In this document: positions 9,606-19,124 of the stretch, piece by piece
Layout of the letters: every line of letters begins with the position of its first letter
Numbering within the stretch: position 1 is the first letter of the stretch
Source: Dehalococcoidia bacterium
Lineage (GTDB): Bacteria; Chloroflexota; Dehalococcoidia; UBA2979
Direction: 5' to 3'
Assembly (NCBI GenBank): GCA_965262725.1
Contig: OZ253555.1
Location: forward strand, 1,408,001 to 1,472,000
DNA length: 64,000 nucleotides
Notes under the pieces: model-generated
Databases searched by the model: none
Seen by the model: only the letters and a program-made list of their open reading frames with translations
What the model was told of the DNA's origin: nothing
Translations under genes and position numbers: made by a program

Positions 9606-10813
9606 GGGTTCTCTGAACAGGTCGCCGCGTCGTTACTGGAGCACATGCACACTCCGATGACTATATGCGATCATGGCACTCCTCCGGGAAAGGGGAGCGC
9701 TGCCATGCATCAGCCGACATTCGCGAGAGTCGAGTTCGAGCGGGATGGCTACAAGACGCGCCGCCAGAAGTTCCTCGAACGGCTGGATGGCCTCGTCCCG
9801 TGGCAGAGGTTCGAAGCAGCCATCGAGCCCCACTACCCGAAACCGGGCCGCGGGCGGAGGCCCTACCCGCTCTCCGTGATGCTGCGCATCCATACCGTGC
9901 AACTCTGCTACAACCTCAGCGACCCCGGCATGGAGGATCTGCTCCACGAGGCCGAGTCGGTGCGAGCCTTCTGCTTCCTCACGCTCTCCGAGCCCATCCC
10001 CGACGAGACGACGATCCTCAACTTCCGGCACCTGCTCGAGCGCCACTCCCTGGGTAGCAGGATCCTCCAACTCATCAACGAGCACCTCACGAGCAAGGGA
10101 TTGAAGCTGAGCGAGGGCAGCATCGTGGATGCGACCATCATCTCGGCGCCATCGTCGACGAAGAATCGCGGGCGGGCGCGGGACCCGGAGATGCATCAGA
10201 CCAAGAAGGGGAAACAGTGGTTCTTCGGGATGAAGCTGCACATCGGCGCCGACAGGGATACTGGACTGGTCCACAACTTCACGACCACGCCTGCGAACGT
10301 GTCGGACGTGTCTGAGACGCACCGCCTGCTGCACGGCGAGGAAGCCGAGGTCTACGGCGACGCCGGGTACCGGGGCGTGCAGAAGAGACCCGAGAACGCG
10401 GACTCCAGGGTCAAGGACTGGAACGTGGCGATGCGCCCGGGCCTCCGGCGTGCGCTCGACCCGGAGAGTCCTGAGGCCGTCGAGGAGAAGCGGAAGGCAT
10501 CGGTGCGAGCGCTGGTGGAGCACCCGTTCTACAGCGTGAAGCGGCGCTTCGGCTACGCCAAGGTGCGGTACCGGGGTCTCTTCAAGAACCACGAGCGGTG
10601 TGCGGTCTTGCTGGGGTTCCACAACCTGCTCACCGCGAAGCCGCACCGTGCCTGACCGTGGGTGGAGTGCGCCCTCCCCGCCCCACACGGGGCGAGGAGG
10701 GGAGCCACAGGGGCCCGCGAGGGGGCGGATATGACCACTGTCATCGGGAATCCGCCTGAGAGCGCCTGACCGCGGCGAAACTGGGTCGCTAGACCCACCT
10801 GATCAGACTTGCC
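9606..10813 (+). mobile_element. IS5-family insertion sequence
   Basis: Imperfect TIRs GGGTTCTCTGAACAGGT / ACCTGATCAGACTTGCC, flanked by CTAG at 9602-9605 and 10814-10817. Confidence 0.88.
9705..10655 (+). CDS. IS5-family transposase
   Basis: PDETTILNFRHLLE, VDATII, RDPEMHQTKKGKQWFFGMKLHIG, YGDAGY, RALVEHPF. Confidence 0.95.
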   Translation: MHQPTFARVEFERDGYKTRRQKFLERLDGLVPWQRFEAAIEPHYPKPGRGRRPYPLSVMLRIHTVQLCYNLSDPGMEDLLHEAESVRAFCFLTLSEPIPDETTILNFRHLLERHSLGSRILQLINEHLTSKGLKLSEGSIVDATIISAPSSTKNRGRARDPEMHQTKKGKQWFFGMKLHIGADRDTGLVHNFTTTPANVSDVSETHRLLHGEEAEVYGDAGYRGVQKRPENADSRVKDWNVAMRPGLRRALDPESPEAVEEKRKASVRALVEHPFYSVKRRFGYAKVRYRGLFKNHERCAVLLGFHNLLTAKPHRA

Positions 10814-11074
10814 CTAGACGCCCGCGTCGTCTCCGCGCTCGAGGGCGGAGAGGATCGCCTCCGCCAGCGCACGCGCCGAGTCCGGCTCCAGTTCGACGGC
10901 GAGCCGGGCGGAGGGCCCCTCGCCGTCGTTCACGAAGTCGATGTTGAGGGCGTGCTCCAAGCGGACGTGGAAAGGGTGATCGTAGGTGACGCTGGCGTGG
11001 CTGAGGTCGAACCACCCGTCGTGCCGCTTGCCCGCGCCCGAGACGGCAACCCGCTCCAGGATCATCGTGCACAT
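10814..11074 (-). CDS. Small conserved protein (DUF6295-like)
   Basis: MCTMILE...GWF...YDHPFH...LNIDF pattern; AGGGAGG RBS upstream; directly follows the dienelactone hydrolase. Confidence 0.7.
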   Translation of the reverse strand: MCTMILERVAVSGAGKRHDGWFDLSHASVTYDHPFHVRLEHALNIDFVNDGEGPSARLAVELEPDSARALAEAILSALERGDDAGV

Positions 11075-11107
11075 GCTCTCGACCTCCCTGTTGCCGCAGC
11101 GAGAGCC

Positions 11108-11869
11108 CTAGGCGAGATGTCGTCCGAGGAACTCGAACAGCTTCCCCCACCCGTCCATCGCCTGCTCCACACGATACGCGCCGCGGTCGTGATAGAAGAA
11201 TCCATGACCCGCCCCCGCGTACATGTGGAACTCGTAGTCCTTCCCGTGACGTTTCAACTCCTCCTCATGCAGCTGCACCTGCGCGGGAGGCGGACTGCGG
11301 TCCTCCTCGCCGAACAGGCCGAGGAGCGGGGAGGACAGGCTCGCCGTGTAGTCGAGGGGAGCAACCGGCTGCTTCGGCGTGAGCTCGTCCTCGGTCATCA
11401 CCACGCGACCGCCCCAGCAGTCGACGACGGCGTCGAATTCCTCCGTGCGGCATGCGGCGAGATACGCGTGGCGCCCACCGGAGCACGTACCGAAGACGCC
11501 GACCCTCCCATTCTGCGAGGGGAGTGCGCGTAGATAGCGCGCTGCGCCTGTCACGTCGCCGACCACCTGGTCGTCGGACACGCCCCCGACGCCGCGCACC
11601 ATCGACGCCACGTCCTCGGGCGTGCCGTGGCCCTCGCGCTGGTACAGGTTCGGGCAGATCGCCGCGTAGCCGTGGTAGGCGAATCGCCGCGTTGCCTCCC
11701 GGTACCACTCGTCCCACCCGGGGAGGTGGTGGATCAGGACGACGCCCGGGTACGGGCCTGGTCCGAGCGGTCGCGCCAGGTACGCCGAGAGCAGATCTCC
11801 CTCGTGGCCGGGGAAGGCGATGGTCTCCGCGAGCATTCCCTCGTACATGTCCGTCCGGTATGTGTGCAT
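11108..11869 (-). CDS. Dienelactone hydrolase family protein
   Basis: GTCSGG nucleophile motif and GAGHGFF. Confidence 0.9.
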   Translation of the reverse strand: MHTYRTDMYEGMLAETIAFPGHEGDLLSAYLARPLGPGPYPGVVLIHHLPGWDEWYREATRRFAYHGYAAICPNLYQREGHGTPEDVASMVRGVGGVSDDQVVGDVTGAARYLRALPSQNGRVGVFGTCSGGRHAYLAACRTEEFDAVVDCWGGRVVMTEDELTPKQPVAPLDYTASLSSPLLGLFGEEDRSPPPAQVQLHEEELKRHGKDYEFHMYAGAGHGFFYHDRGAYRVEQAMDGWGKLFEFLGRHLA

Positions 11870-12104
11870 TCGGAGACCTCCTCGCCGCCCCGCGGGGCGC
11901 GTGATTCCAGCCGCGGCATCGTGGCGTCATGCGATTGCGCGGCTCCGCAAGCCTACAGCCGCAGAGGCGCCACGGGGGCTCCACCCCCGGCGGGATTTGT
12001 CCGACGGGTCGATCGTCACCGGGACGTGAGTTGCGGCTACCACGGCCCGCGCGACTTCTCGGGGTGAATCCGAAGCCGACGCCGGCCCGTCGGCCCAGCG
12101 GTGC

Positions 12105-12956
12105 TCAGCTGGCTTGCTGACCCGTCGCGGGCTCCGCCAGGAAGGAACGCAGCTCCGCGGACCACAACTCCGGCGCCACCCGCCAGTTGAACTGGTGCGT
12201 GGTCGGCGGCCGGATGCCGCGTGCGGCCGGGATCGCCGCGAGGAGTCGCTCGTGCGCGCGCCCGAGCGCGCTCGACGTGCCGTGAATGACCATCGTCGGC
12301 GCCTTGACCAGCGGTGCCCTCTCCCACAGCGGGTACCGCGCCAGCGCCAGCGTCGATGCATCCTGTCCGGTCACGCCGTCGGGGCCGGGCGTCGCGCTGC
12401 TCACGGCGGAGAGGAAGCGGCGCCGGGTCAGCAGTGACACGTCATCGGGGTCGCTGGCCTCTCGAAGCGTCACGTCACGAGAGCGAGCCCACATGGTGAC
12501 GAGATGGCGTCCGTCGGGACGCTCCTCGATACCGTGCTCGCGCTCGAGCACGTCGACGCGGCCGGGGCGATTCCAGTTGAAGCACTCCTCCAGTACGAGC
12601 CTGTCGACGCGGTCGGGCCAGCTCGCCGCGACCTCAAGCGCGGTCAGTGAACTCGTCAGGGAGCCCAATACATGTGCCCGATCGATCTCGAGACCGTCGA
12701 GAAGCCAGGTGACTGCGCGTGCGTACTGTCGGACCTCGGTGTAGGCGATCGGCGGCGGATCCGATGCACCGAAGCCCGGCTGGGACATCGCGATCACCCG
12801 AAAGTCGTCGGCGAGAAGCGGGATCGCGTCCTGGAAGGTCGTGCAGGAACTCGGCGCCGGGTGCAGCAGGAGCAGCACTGGCCCGCTGCCGCCCTCCATG
12901 TACTCGATGTTTCCGTCCGGGCCGTGCACGAAGCCGCGGCGCACGTAGTCAGTCAT
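12105..12956 (-). CDS. Alpha/beta hydrolase fold protein
   Basis: GPVLLLLH, PGFGASD, PDRVDRLVL; non-canonical elbow GSLTS. Confidence 0.85.
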   Translation of the reverse strand: MTDYVRRGFVHGPDGNIEYMEGGSGPVLLLLHPAPSSCTTFQDAIPLLADDFRVIAMSQPGFGASDPPPIAYTEVRQYARAVTWLLDGLEIDRAHVLGSLTSSLTALEVAASWPDRVDRLVLEECFNWNRPGRVDVLEREHGIEERPDGRHLVTMWARSRDVTLREASDPDDVSLLTRRRFLSAVSSATPGPDGVTGQDASTLALARYPLWERAPLVKAPTMVIHGTSSALGRAHERLLAAIPAARGIRPPTTHQFNWRVAPELWSAELRSFLAEPATGQQAS

Positions 12957-13124
12957 TATTCTTTCCTCGCCTTCCGTGCCGTGTGCGCATGATATGCGAG
13001 CCGCCTCGTCGCGCGGACCCGGCGTCCGGCAGGCCCGGACCGCGATCGCGGCCAGCCCGGGGCGCGCTCCGCGGGTGCCGGCGAAGACTGTCCGGTGCAG
13101 AGCGCCGCCCGGGCGTCTTCGCCC

Positions 13125-13763
13125 TCAGACCTTGCGTATCAGCATCACGCCGTCGCGGGTGGGGAGCAGGACCTGCGCGACCCGATCGTCCGCGGCGACG
13201 TGCGCGTTGAAGGCGGCCATCATCTGTCCGGACTTCGACTCCGGATCCAGCACACGCCCGTTCAACAGCACATTGTCCACCGCGATGATCCCGTCATCTG
13301 CGATGAGCTCCATCGCGGCCTCGTAGTAGTCGACGTACGGTTCTTTGTCGGCATCGATGAAGACCAGATCGAACGGGCCCTCCAGGGTCGTGAGCGTCTC
13401 GGCGGCCGGCCCGATCCGGATCTCGATCTTGTGGCCGTCCGGTCCCCGGTCGGCGTGCCCGCGGGCGATGTCGGCGGTCGCAGGGTCGATCTCGCAGGTG
13501 ACCAGCCGGCCGTCCTCGGGCAGCGCGGCAGCCATCATCTGCGCGCTGAAGCCGGTGAAGCAGCCCAGCTCGAGGATGTGCTTCGCACCCGACGCCCAGA
13601 CCAGGAGCTGCAGCAGCCCACCCTCGATCGGTCCCGAGAGCATCAGCGAGTGCTCCATCTCCTCCAGGGTGAAGCGGTGGAGTTCTGCCAGATGCGGCGC
13701 GAGCGGCGTCGTGTGCTGTCGCGCGTACTCTTCGACTTGCTCCAGCACAAGAGTCAGCATCAT
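13125..13763 (-). CDS. SAM-dependent O-methyltransferase (CCoAOMT/MdmC-like)
   Basis: ILELGCFTGFS, FDLVFIDADKEPY, DNVL; GGAGGA RBS before ATG 13763. Confidence 0.92.
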   Translation of the reverse strand: MMLTLVLEQVEEYARQHTTPLAPHLAELHRFTLEEMEHSLMLSGPIEGGLLQLLVWASGAKHILELGCFTGFSAQMMAAALPEDGRLVTCEIDPATADIARGHADRGPDGHKIEIRIGPAAETLTTLEGPFDLVFIDADKEPYVDYYEAAMELIADDGIIAVDNVLLNGRVLDPESKSGQMMAAFNAHVAADDRVAQVLLPTRDGVMLIRKV

Positions 13764-14038
13764 GTCCTCCGGCTTCGTTCGGACTCTGGATGGCCACGGC
13801 AGAGGTGAAGATGCGCCAGAGCGAGGCGGCACCGTCTAGGTGCCGCCTCGCCGCGCTGCGTCCGCGCGGGTCGTTCGTCCGGATCCCCGAAGGGCGGACA
13901 CGTTCCGGGAGCTGATCCGGTGGTCGCCACCTCACCCAGCCTCCGCTTCACCGTCCCGGCCATCAATCTACAGGCGCACAAACCGAGCTGGTCACGGTTC
14001 CCCCGGTCGAGGGCATCCGCCGCTAGGGTGGGTGGGCC

Positions 14039-14428
14039 TTGACGGCTCGCAAGGCTGTGCTGCTTGACGCCGACATGACCCTCTGGCGGATTGCGCACCA
14101 GCCCGCCCAAGTCTGGCAGTCCGTCCTTGCAGACTTGGGTATCGAGGTTCCTCCGCGGAGCGGGGTGGCGGCCCTGGCCTGCAGCCGGGACGTCCTCGCC
14201 CCCGGTTGGCGGGCGCTGGAGCGCGAACGCGGGGACCGCTGCCCGGCACCTGCGCAGGGGGATCCTGGATGCTCCGGGGCGCACGAGGCAGGCGGCCTCG
14301 GGGGCTTGATCCGGTTCCTGGGTGGTCCGCCGTGGGTTGCGGCCCCCGGACCCACGAGGAGGCGAGGAGCGACTCGGCCCGGCTCCAGTCGTCCGGCGTG
14401 TGCGATCGGCGTCTGGCCAAGGGGATGA
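14039..14428 (+). pseudogene. Degraded HAD-family hydrolase fragment
   Basis: N-terminal AVLLDADMTL (HAD motif I) followed by sequence that no longer resembles a HAD protein. Confidence 0.4.
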
Positions 14429-14684
14429 GCGGGGCTGACGTGATCGCGCCTAACGCTCATGCTGGTCGTGGAGGAGCGAGCATGTGTCGATCGCCAGGGT
14501 CATTGATCCACGCGTCGCCACGGTCATTAGACCACCCGGGACGCCGGTAGGCGGCTTGATATCAGTGAGCGTCTAGTGTCCTGAATTGGAAATGCGATTG
14601 AGATATCCGGTGAGGTTGGTGTGTCCCGAAGTCGAAGGGCGGGTGACGTGATGACGTAACCGGTCTGGAGACATGCTCGTCGTT

Positions 14685-16104
14685 GAGTAGCGTCCCAGCA
14701 AGTGGTGTCACAGGCGGGGAGACGGTCTCCGCAGGGGGACCTACTACCGACCACGGTGCCCATGCAGGTGGACGTAAGAGACCACCGCATCATCCTTCAC
14801 GAAGTTATGACGAACGTGGAGGAGGACGACGGTGGTCAGAGAGAGCGTGGACGTGTTGGAACTGCTCCGCAAGCAGGCATCGGGAGCTGACCTCGATTTC
14901 CTGCGCGAAGCGGTGGCTGTGCTCGCCGAGGCGGTCATGGACCAGGAGGTCTCGGCGCAGGTCGGCGCCGGCTACGGTGAGCGCAGCGAGATGCGCACCA
15001 CCCGGCGCAACGGCTACAGGCAAAGACGCTGGGACACGCGGGTGGGCAGCATCGACCTGCAGATCCCGAAGCTCCGCCAGGGGTCCTACTTCCCGGCGCT
15101 GCTCGAGCCCCGGCGCCGCTCAGAGCGCGCCCTGCTAGCCGTCGTCCAGCAGGCGTACGTGGAGGGCGTCTCCACACGCCGCGTCGACGACCTCGTGCGC
15201 TCGCTCGGCTGCGAGGGCATCTCCAAGAGCCAGGTCTCGCGTATCTGCTCGGAGCTCGACACGGTCGTCACAAGTTTCCTCGGCCGGCCCCTGGACTCCG
15301 GCCCCTACCGATACCTCTGGCTCGACGCGCTCACCCAGCGGGTGCGCGAGGAGGGCCGCATCGCCCAGGTGAGCGTCGTCGTCGCCACCGCGGTCAACGT
15401 GGAGGGGAAGCGCGAGGTGCTGGGCATCGACGTCGGTACCAGCGAGGACGGGGCCTTCTGGCTGGCATTTCTCCGCGGCCTCGTAGCACGAGGGCTCTCC
15501 GGCGTGGAGCTGGTGACCTCCGACGCCCACCAGGGCCTGAGGGGAGCGATCGCGACCGTCTTCGGCGGCGCCTCCTGGCAGCGCTGCCGTACCCACTTCA
15601 TGCGGAACCTGCTCACACGCGTGCCGAAGAGCGCCGAGGCGCTGGTGGCGACGACCGTGCGCACCATCTACCAGCAGCCCTCGGCCTCCGAGGTGCACGC
15701 CCAGCACACGCGGGTCGTGGAGCAGCTCGGTGCGCGCTTCCCGCAGGCCGCGGCGATGCTCGCCGACGCCGCGGAGGAGATCCTGGCGTTCACGGCCTTC
15801 CCGGTGGCGCACTGGCGTCAGGTCTGGTCGAACAACCCCCAGGAGCGCCTCAACAAGGAGATCCGCCGGCGCACCAACGTCGTCGGCATCTTCCCCAACC
15901 GCTCAGCGGTCATCCGGCTCATCGGTGCGGTGCTCTCCGAGCAGCACGACGAGTGGGCCGTGGGGCGGCGCTACATGACGATGATGACGCTGCTCGCCCC
16001 GCCGGGGAGTGAGCTCACGCCGGGCAAGGAGGTGCTGCTGCAGGCTGCCGGCTAAGAACTGATAAGGATGGTGCGCAGTGACACCACTTGCCGGGACGTG
16101 ACCC
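14685..16104 (+). mobile_element. IS256-family insertion sequence
   Basis: 27-nt imperfect TIRs GAGTAGCGTCCCAGCAAGTGGTGTCAC / GTGACACCACTTGCCGGGACGTGACCC; GTCGTT duplicated on both sides; absent from intron copy 2. Confidence 0.92.
14832..16055 (+). CDS. IS256-family transposase
   Basis: RNGYRQR, GVSTRRV, YLWLDA, SDAHQGL, WQRCRTHF, SNNPQERLNKEIRRR. Confidence 0.95.
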   Translation: MVRESVDVLELLRKQASGADLDFLREAVAVLAEAVMDQEVSAQVGAGYGERSEMRTTRRNGYRQRRWDTRVGSIDLQIPKLRQGSYFPALLEPRRRSERALLAVVQQAYVEGVSTRRVDDLVRSLGCEGISKSQVSRICSELDTVVTSFLGRPLDSGPYRYLWLDALTQRVREEGRIAQVSVVVATAVNVEGKREVLGIDVGTSEDGAFWLAFLRGLVARGLSGVELVTSDAHQGLRGAIATVFGGASWQRCRTHFMRNLLTRVPKSAEALVATTVRTIYQQPSASEVHAQHTRVVEQLGARFPQAAAMLADAAEEILAFTAFPVAHWRQVWSNNPQERLNKEIRRRTNVVGIFPNRSAVIRLIGAVLSEQHDEWAVGRRYMTMMTLLAPPGSELTPGKEVLLQAAG

Positions 16105-16616
16105 GTCGTTGCCAGCCGGTGCGAGTCCGGCACGGGTAACTGTCAGGAGGCCCGTTAGCAGGTCGGCGGCGCGGACGGGAAACGGTCCACGTCGAAGCCC
16201 GACGTCAAGAGCCCTATCAGGGGGAGCAACCAAGCGGTCCGCAGCATCAAGCGAAGCCTGCCGCGTCGTTAACGGATAGTGGAGGAGCCGAGCCCGGCAA
16301 TTCAGGGCGAAGGCCATGGACGAGGTGAAGATCCTGAATGCGCGTTGCGCTGCAGCCTCAAGGAACCTCCCGGCGTAAGGGGCGTGGAACGTTTGGAAGG
16401 TAGCGACGGGAACGGGAGAAGCCCTCCCCGGCCCGGCACCCTGCGAGATGGTGTCGGAGCGAGGTGCCCTATAACCGGTCAAAGCCGGGAAGTGGGCAGC
16501 TAGCCGGAAGGGTGACGGAGGGGGTCGTAGTACCGCTTGAGCCGGACGGACAACACAACCGCCGGTGATGGGAAGGACCCCTGCTTTGCTCACGCGTGGG
16601 GAGTAGGGATGAATCG

Positions 16617-18816
16617 GTGAGTGCCCAAGCGGCTAACTCCATCCAAGACAAGGTCCGAACACTACAACGCACGCTTTACCGGGCGGCCAAGGCCGACCCC
16701 AATAGACGCTTTCATGCGCTCTACGACAAGGTTTATCGCAGAGACATTCTGGAGCGCGCGTGGGAGCAGGTGCGTCGCAATCGCGGCGCAGCCGGTATCG
16801 ACGGCGTCACGCTCGCCGAGGTCGAGCGCTACGGCGTGGAGCGCCTGCTGGATGAACTGGCCACGGAACTGAAGGAGGGAAGATACCGGGTGCAGCCGAG
16901 CCGCCGGGTCTGGATACCCAAGCCCGGTCGGTCGGAAGAGCGCCCGCTCTCGATTCCTTCGGTCCGCGACCGCATCGTGCAGGCGTCGCTGAAGCTCGTG
17001 ACGGAGCCGGTCTTCGAGGCCGACTTCCTGCCATGCAGCTTCGGCTTCCGCCCGAAGCGTTCGGCCCATGACGCCCTGCAGGTCCTCATTGACGAGGCGT
17101 GGCGGGGCAGGCGGTGGGTAGTGGAGACGGACATCGCCTCGTGTTTCGAGTCGATACCGCGTGCGTCCGGAAGTCGAAGGGGTGGTGACGTGATGACGTG
17201 ACCGGTCCGGAGACATGCTCGTTGCTGCCAGCCGGTGAGAGTCCGGCACGGGTAACTGTCAGGAGGCCCGTTAGCAGGTCGGCGGCGTGGACGGGAAACG
17301 GTCTGCGTCGAAGCCCGACGTCAAGAGCCCTATGAGGGGGAGCAAACGTGCGGTCCGCAGCATGACGCGAAGTCTGCCGCGCCGTGAGACTCGCCTGTCT
17401 ATTGACAGGACCAAGGAGGAGCCGAGCCCGGGTGGTCAGGGCGAAGGCCATGGACGAGGTGAAGATCCTGGAATGCAGCCTCAAGAAACCTCCCGGCGTA
17501 TGGGACGTGGAACGTACGGAAGGTAGCGACGGGAACCGGAGAAGCCCTCCCCGGCCCGGCACCCTGTGAGAGGGCGTCGGAGCGAGGCGTCCTATAACCG
17601 GTCAGAGCCGGGAAGTGGACAGCCAGCCGGAAGGGTGGCGGAGGGGGTCGTAGTACCGCTGGAGCCGGACGGACAACATAACCGCCGGTGATGGGAAGGA
17701 CCCCTACTTTGTCCGTGCATGTTGCTGGGGGTGTGGACTGGTGAGTGCCCCTCGGGGCTAGCAACCACTTGGTAGGGTTCGAGGCTCTCCGCACATGCTG
17801 TACCGGCTGGCCAAGGCACGACCCACGTTGTGGGGAGCGCTGCATGCCATCTGGTGAAGGGCATCGGTGAGCCGGATGAGGGAGAACCTCACGTCCGGTT
17901 CGATGTGGCAGGGGCTGGAGACGGACGCTGCTATGGCCGTGGAGTTGGGCACCACCGGGAAACCGGCTTGGAACTGATGCGCCACCGCCTACGGCTCGCA
18001 CCGCGCCAGCCCCTGACCCTACACGACCGTCTGATGACGGCCGTCGAGGAACGGATATGCGACCGCAATCTCCTGAAGCTGGTACGGGCGATGCTGCGTG
18101 CCGGTGTGATGGAGTCGGGGGTCGTGCAGCACAGCGCGACGGGTACGCCGCAGGGCGGGGTGATGTCCCCGCTGCTGGCCAATGTCTACCTGCACCGGTT
18201 GGACCGGGACTGGGAGGCGAAGGGTGATGGCGTGCTGGTGCGCTATGCGGATGACCTCGTGGTGCTCTGCCGGAGCCGGGAGGAAGCGGAGCGGGCGTTG
18301 GCCCTGCTGCGTGACCTGCTGGGTGAGCTCGGACTGGAGCTCAAGGCGGAGAAGACGCGCATCGTGCACCTGCGGGAGGGAGGCGAGGGGCTGGAGTTCC
18401 TCGGCTTCGAGCATCGCTGGGTACGTGCGAAGCGCAACAAGAATATCCAGTTCCTCGCACGCTGGCCCTCACGGCGAGCGATGCAGCGGGCGCGGGACCG
18501 CATCCGTGAAATCACGGCGCGGTTGCGTCTGCTGCTGAGTCCCCGGCAGGTCGTGGAGGAAGTCAATCGCTACCTCCGCGGCTGGATGAGCTACTTCCGC
18601 TACGGCAACTCGGCGAGGGCGTTCGACGTCCTGCACTGGTTTGCCATGTGGAGACTCAAACTCTGGCTGGGGAAGCGGTTGCGTTGGCGGCGACGCCATC
18701 GCGGGCACCCGTTTCCCGTCGCCGACCGTCTGGGGCTCATCTCGCTAGCTGGACAGCGCGTCGTGGCACCACGGCCATATCGACCGTGGCGGGGCACCCC
18801 GCATGCCGCCCGGTGA
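16617..18816 (+). CDS. ltrA: Group II intron reverse transcriptase/maturase, split: join(16617..17160,18023..18816), ~445 aa, no endonuclease domain
   Basis: Exon 1 has GAAGIDG, RPLSIPSVRDRIVQ, SFGFRPKRSAHDA and ends TCG ATA CCG C. Exon 2 begins AC GAC CGT and has GTPQGGVMSPLLAN, RYADD, FLGF and domain X. The splice restores FESIPHDRLM in frame. Confidence 0.92.
17161..18022 (+). ncRNA. Group II intron B (inner, ORF-less, 862 nt), copy 1
   Basis: 5' GTGCG; domains I-III homologous to intron A; DIV keeps only ORF remnants; DV GAGCCGGATGAGGGAGAACCTCACGTCCGGTTC; 3' CCCTGACCCTAC. Confidence 0.92.
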
Positions 18817-19124
18817 AGGGCATCGGTGAGCCGGATGAGGGAAAACCTCACGTCCGGTTCGAGGCGGCAGGGGCTGGAGACGGACGATGCTACGGCTGTG
18901 GAGATGGGCGCCACCGGGAAACCGGCCTGGCAATATGCGCCACCGCCTACGGCTCGCACCGCGCCAGCCCCTGACCCTACTCAAGGATCTGGTCGGTGGT
19001 CTTGTGCGAGATGAAGCGCATCCGGTGCTCGTTCCAGTTGCGACCCAAGCCTCCACTGGGCGGACCAAGCCTGCGAGGCTCGGTGCGATTGTTTTCAGCA
19101 TTTGCAACTCGGGACACTAGCGCG

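Larger units (their letters stand above)
14619..18980 (+). ncRNA. Group II intron A (outer intron, RT-encoding), copy 1, with IS256 inserted in domain I
   Basis: 5' GTGTG; DV GAGCCGGATGAGGGAAAACCTCACGTCCGGTTC; long DVI ending CCCTGACCCTAC. Net length 2936 nt equals copy 2. Confidence 0.92.
14573..19120. mobile_element. IS630-derived MITE (~186 bp empty) carrying the group II twintron, copy 1
   Basis: TIRs CTAGTGTCCTGAATTG / CAACTCGGGACACTAG. Joined flanks (14573-14618 + 18981-19120) resemble, on the minus strand, the 3' end of the IS630 at ~9470-9605 (GACCAGATCCTTGA^CAACCTC.CCGGATATCT). Confidence 0.88.

Noticed and set aside
13968-13979. 12-bp CTACAGGCGCAC also present near 49649 as a possible att pair
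   Set aside because: Too short, with no associated recombinase or boundary; compatible with chance.
16596-18816. ORF-track 201-aa and 328-aa RT ORFs as two genes, a frameshifted pseudogene, or a retron/DGR
   Set aside because: They are exons separated by a complete group II intron; DV/DVI follow the ORF, and no msr-msd or TR/VR pair is seen.
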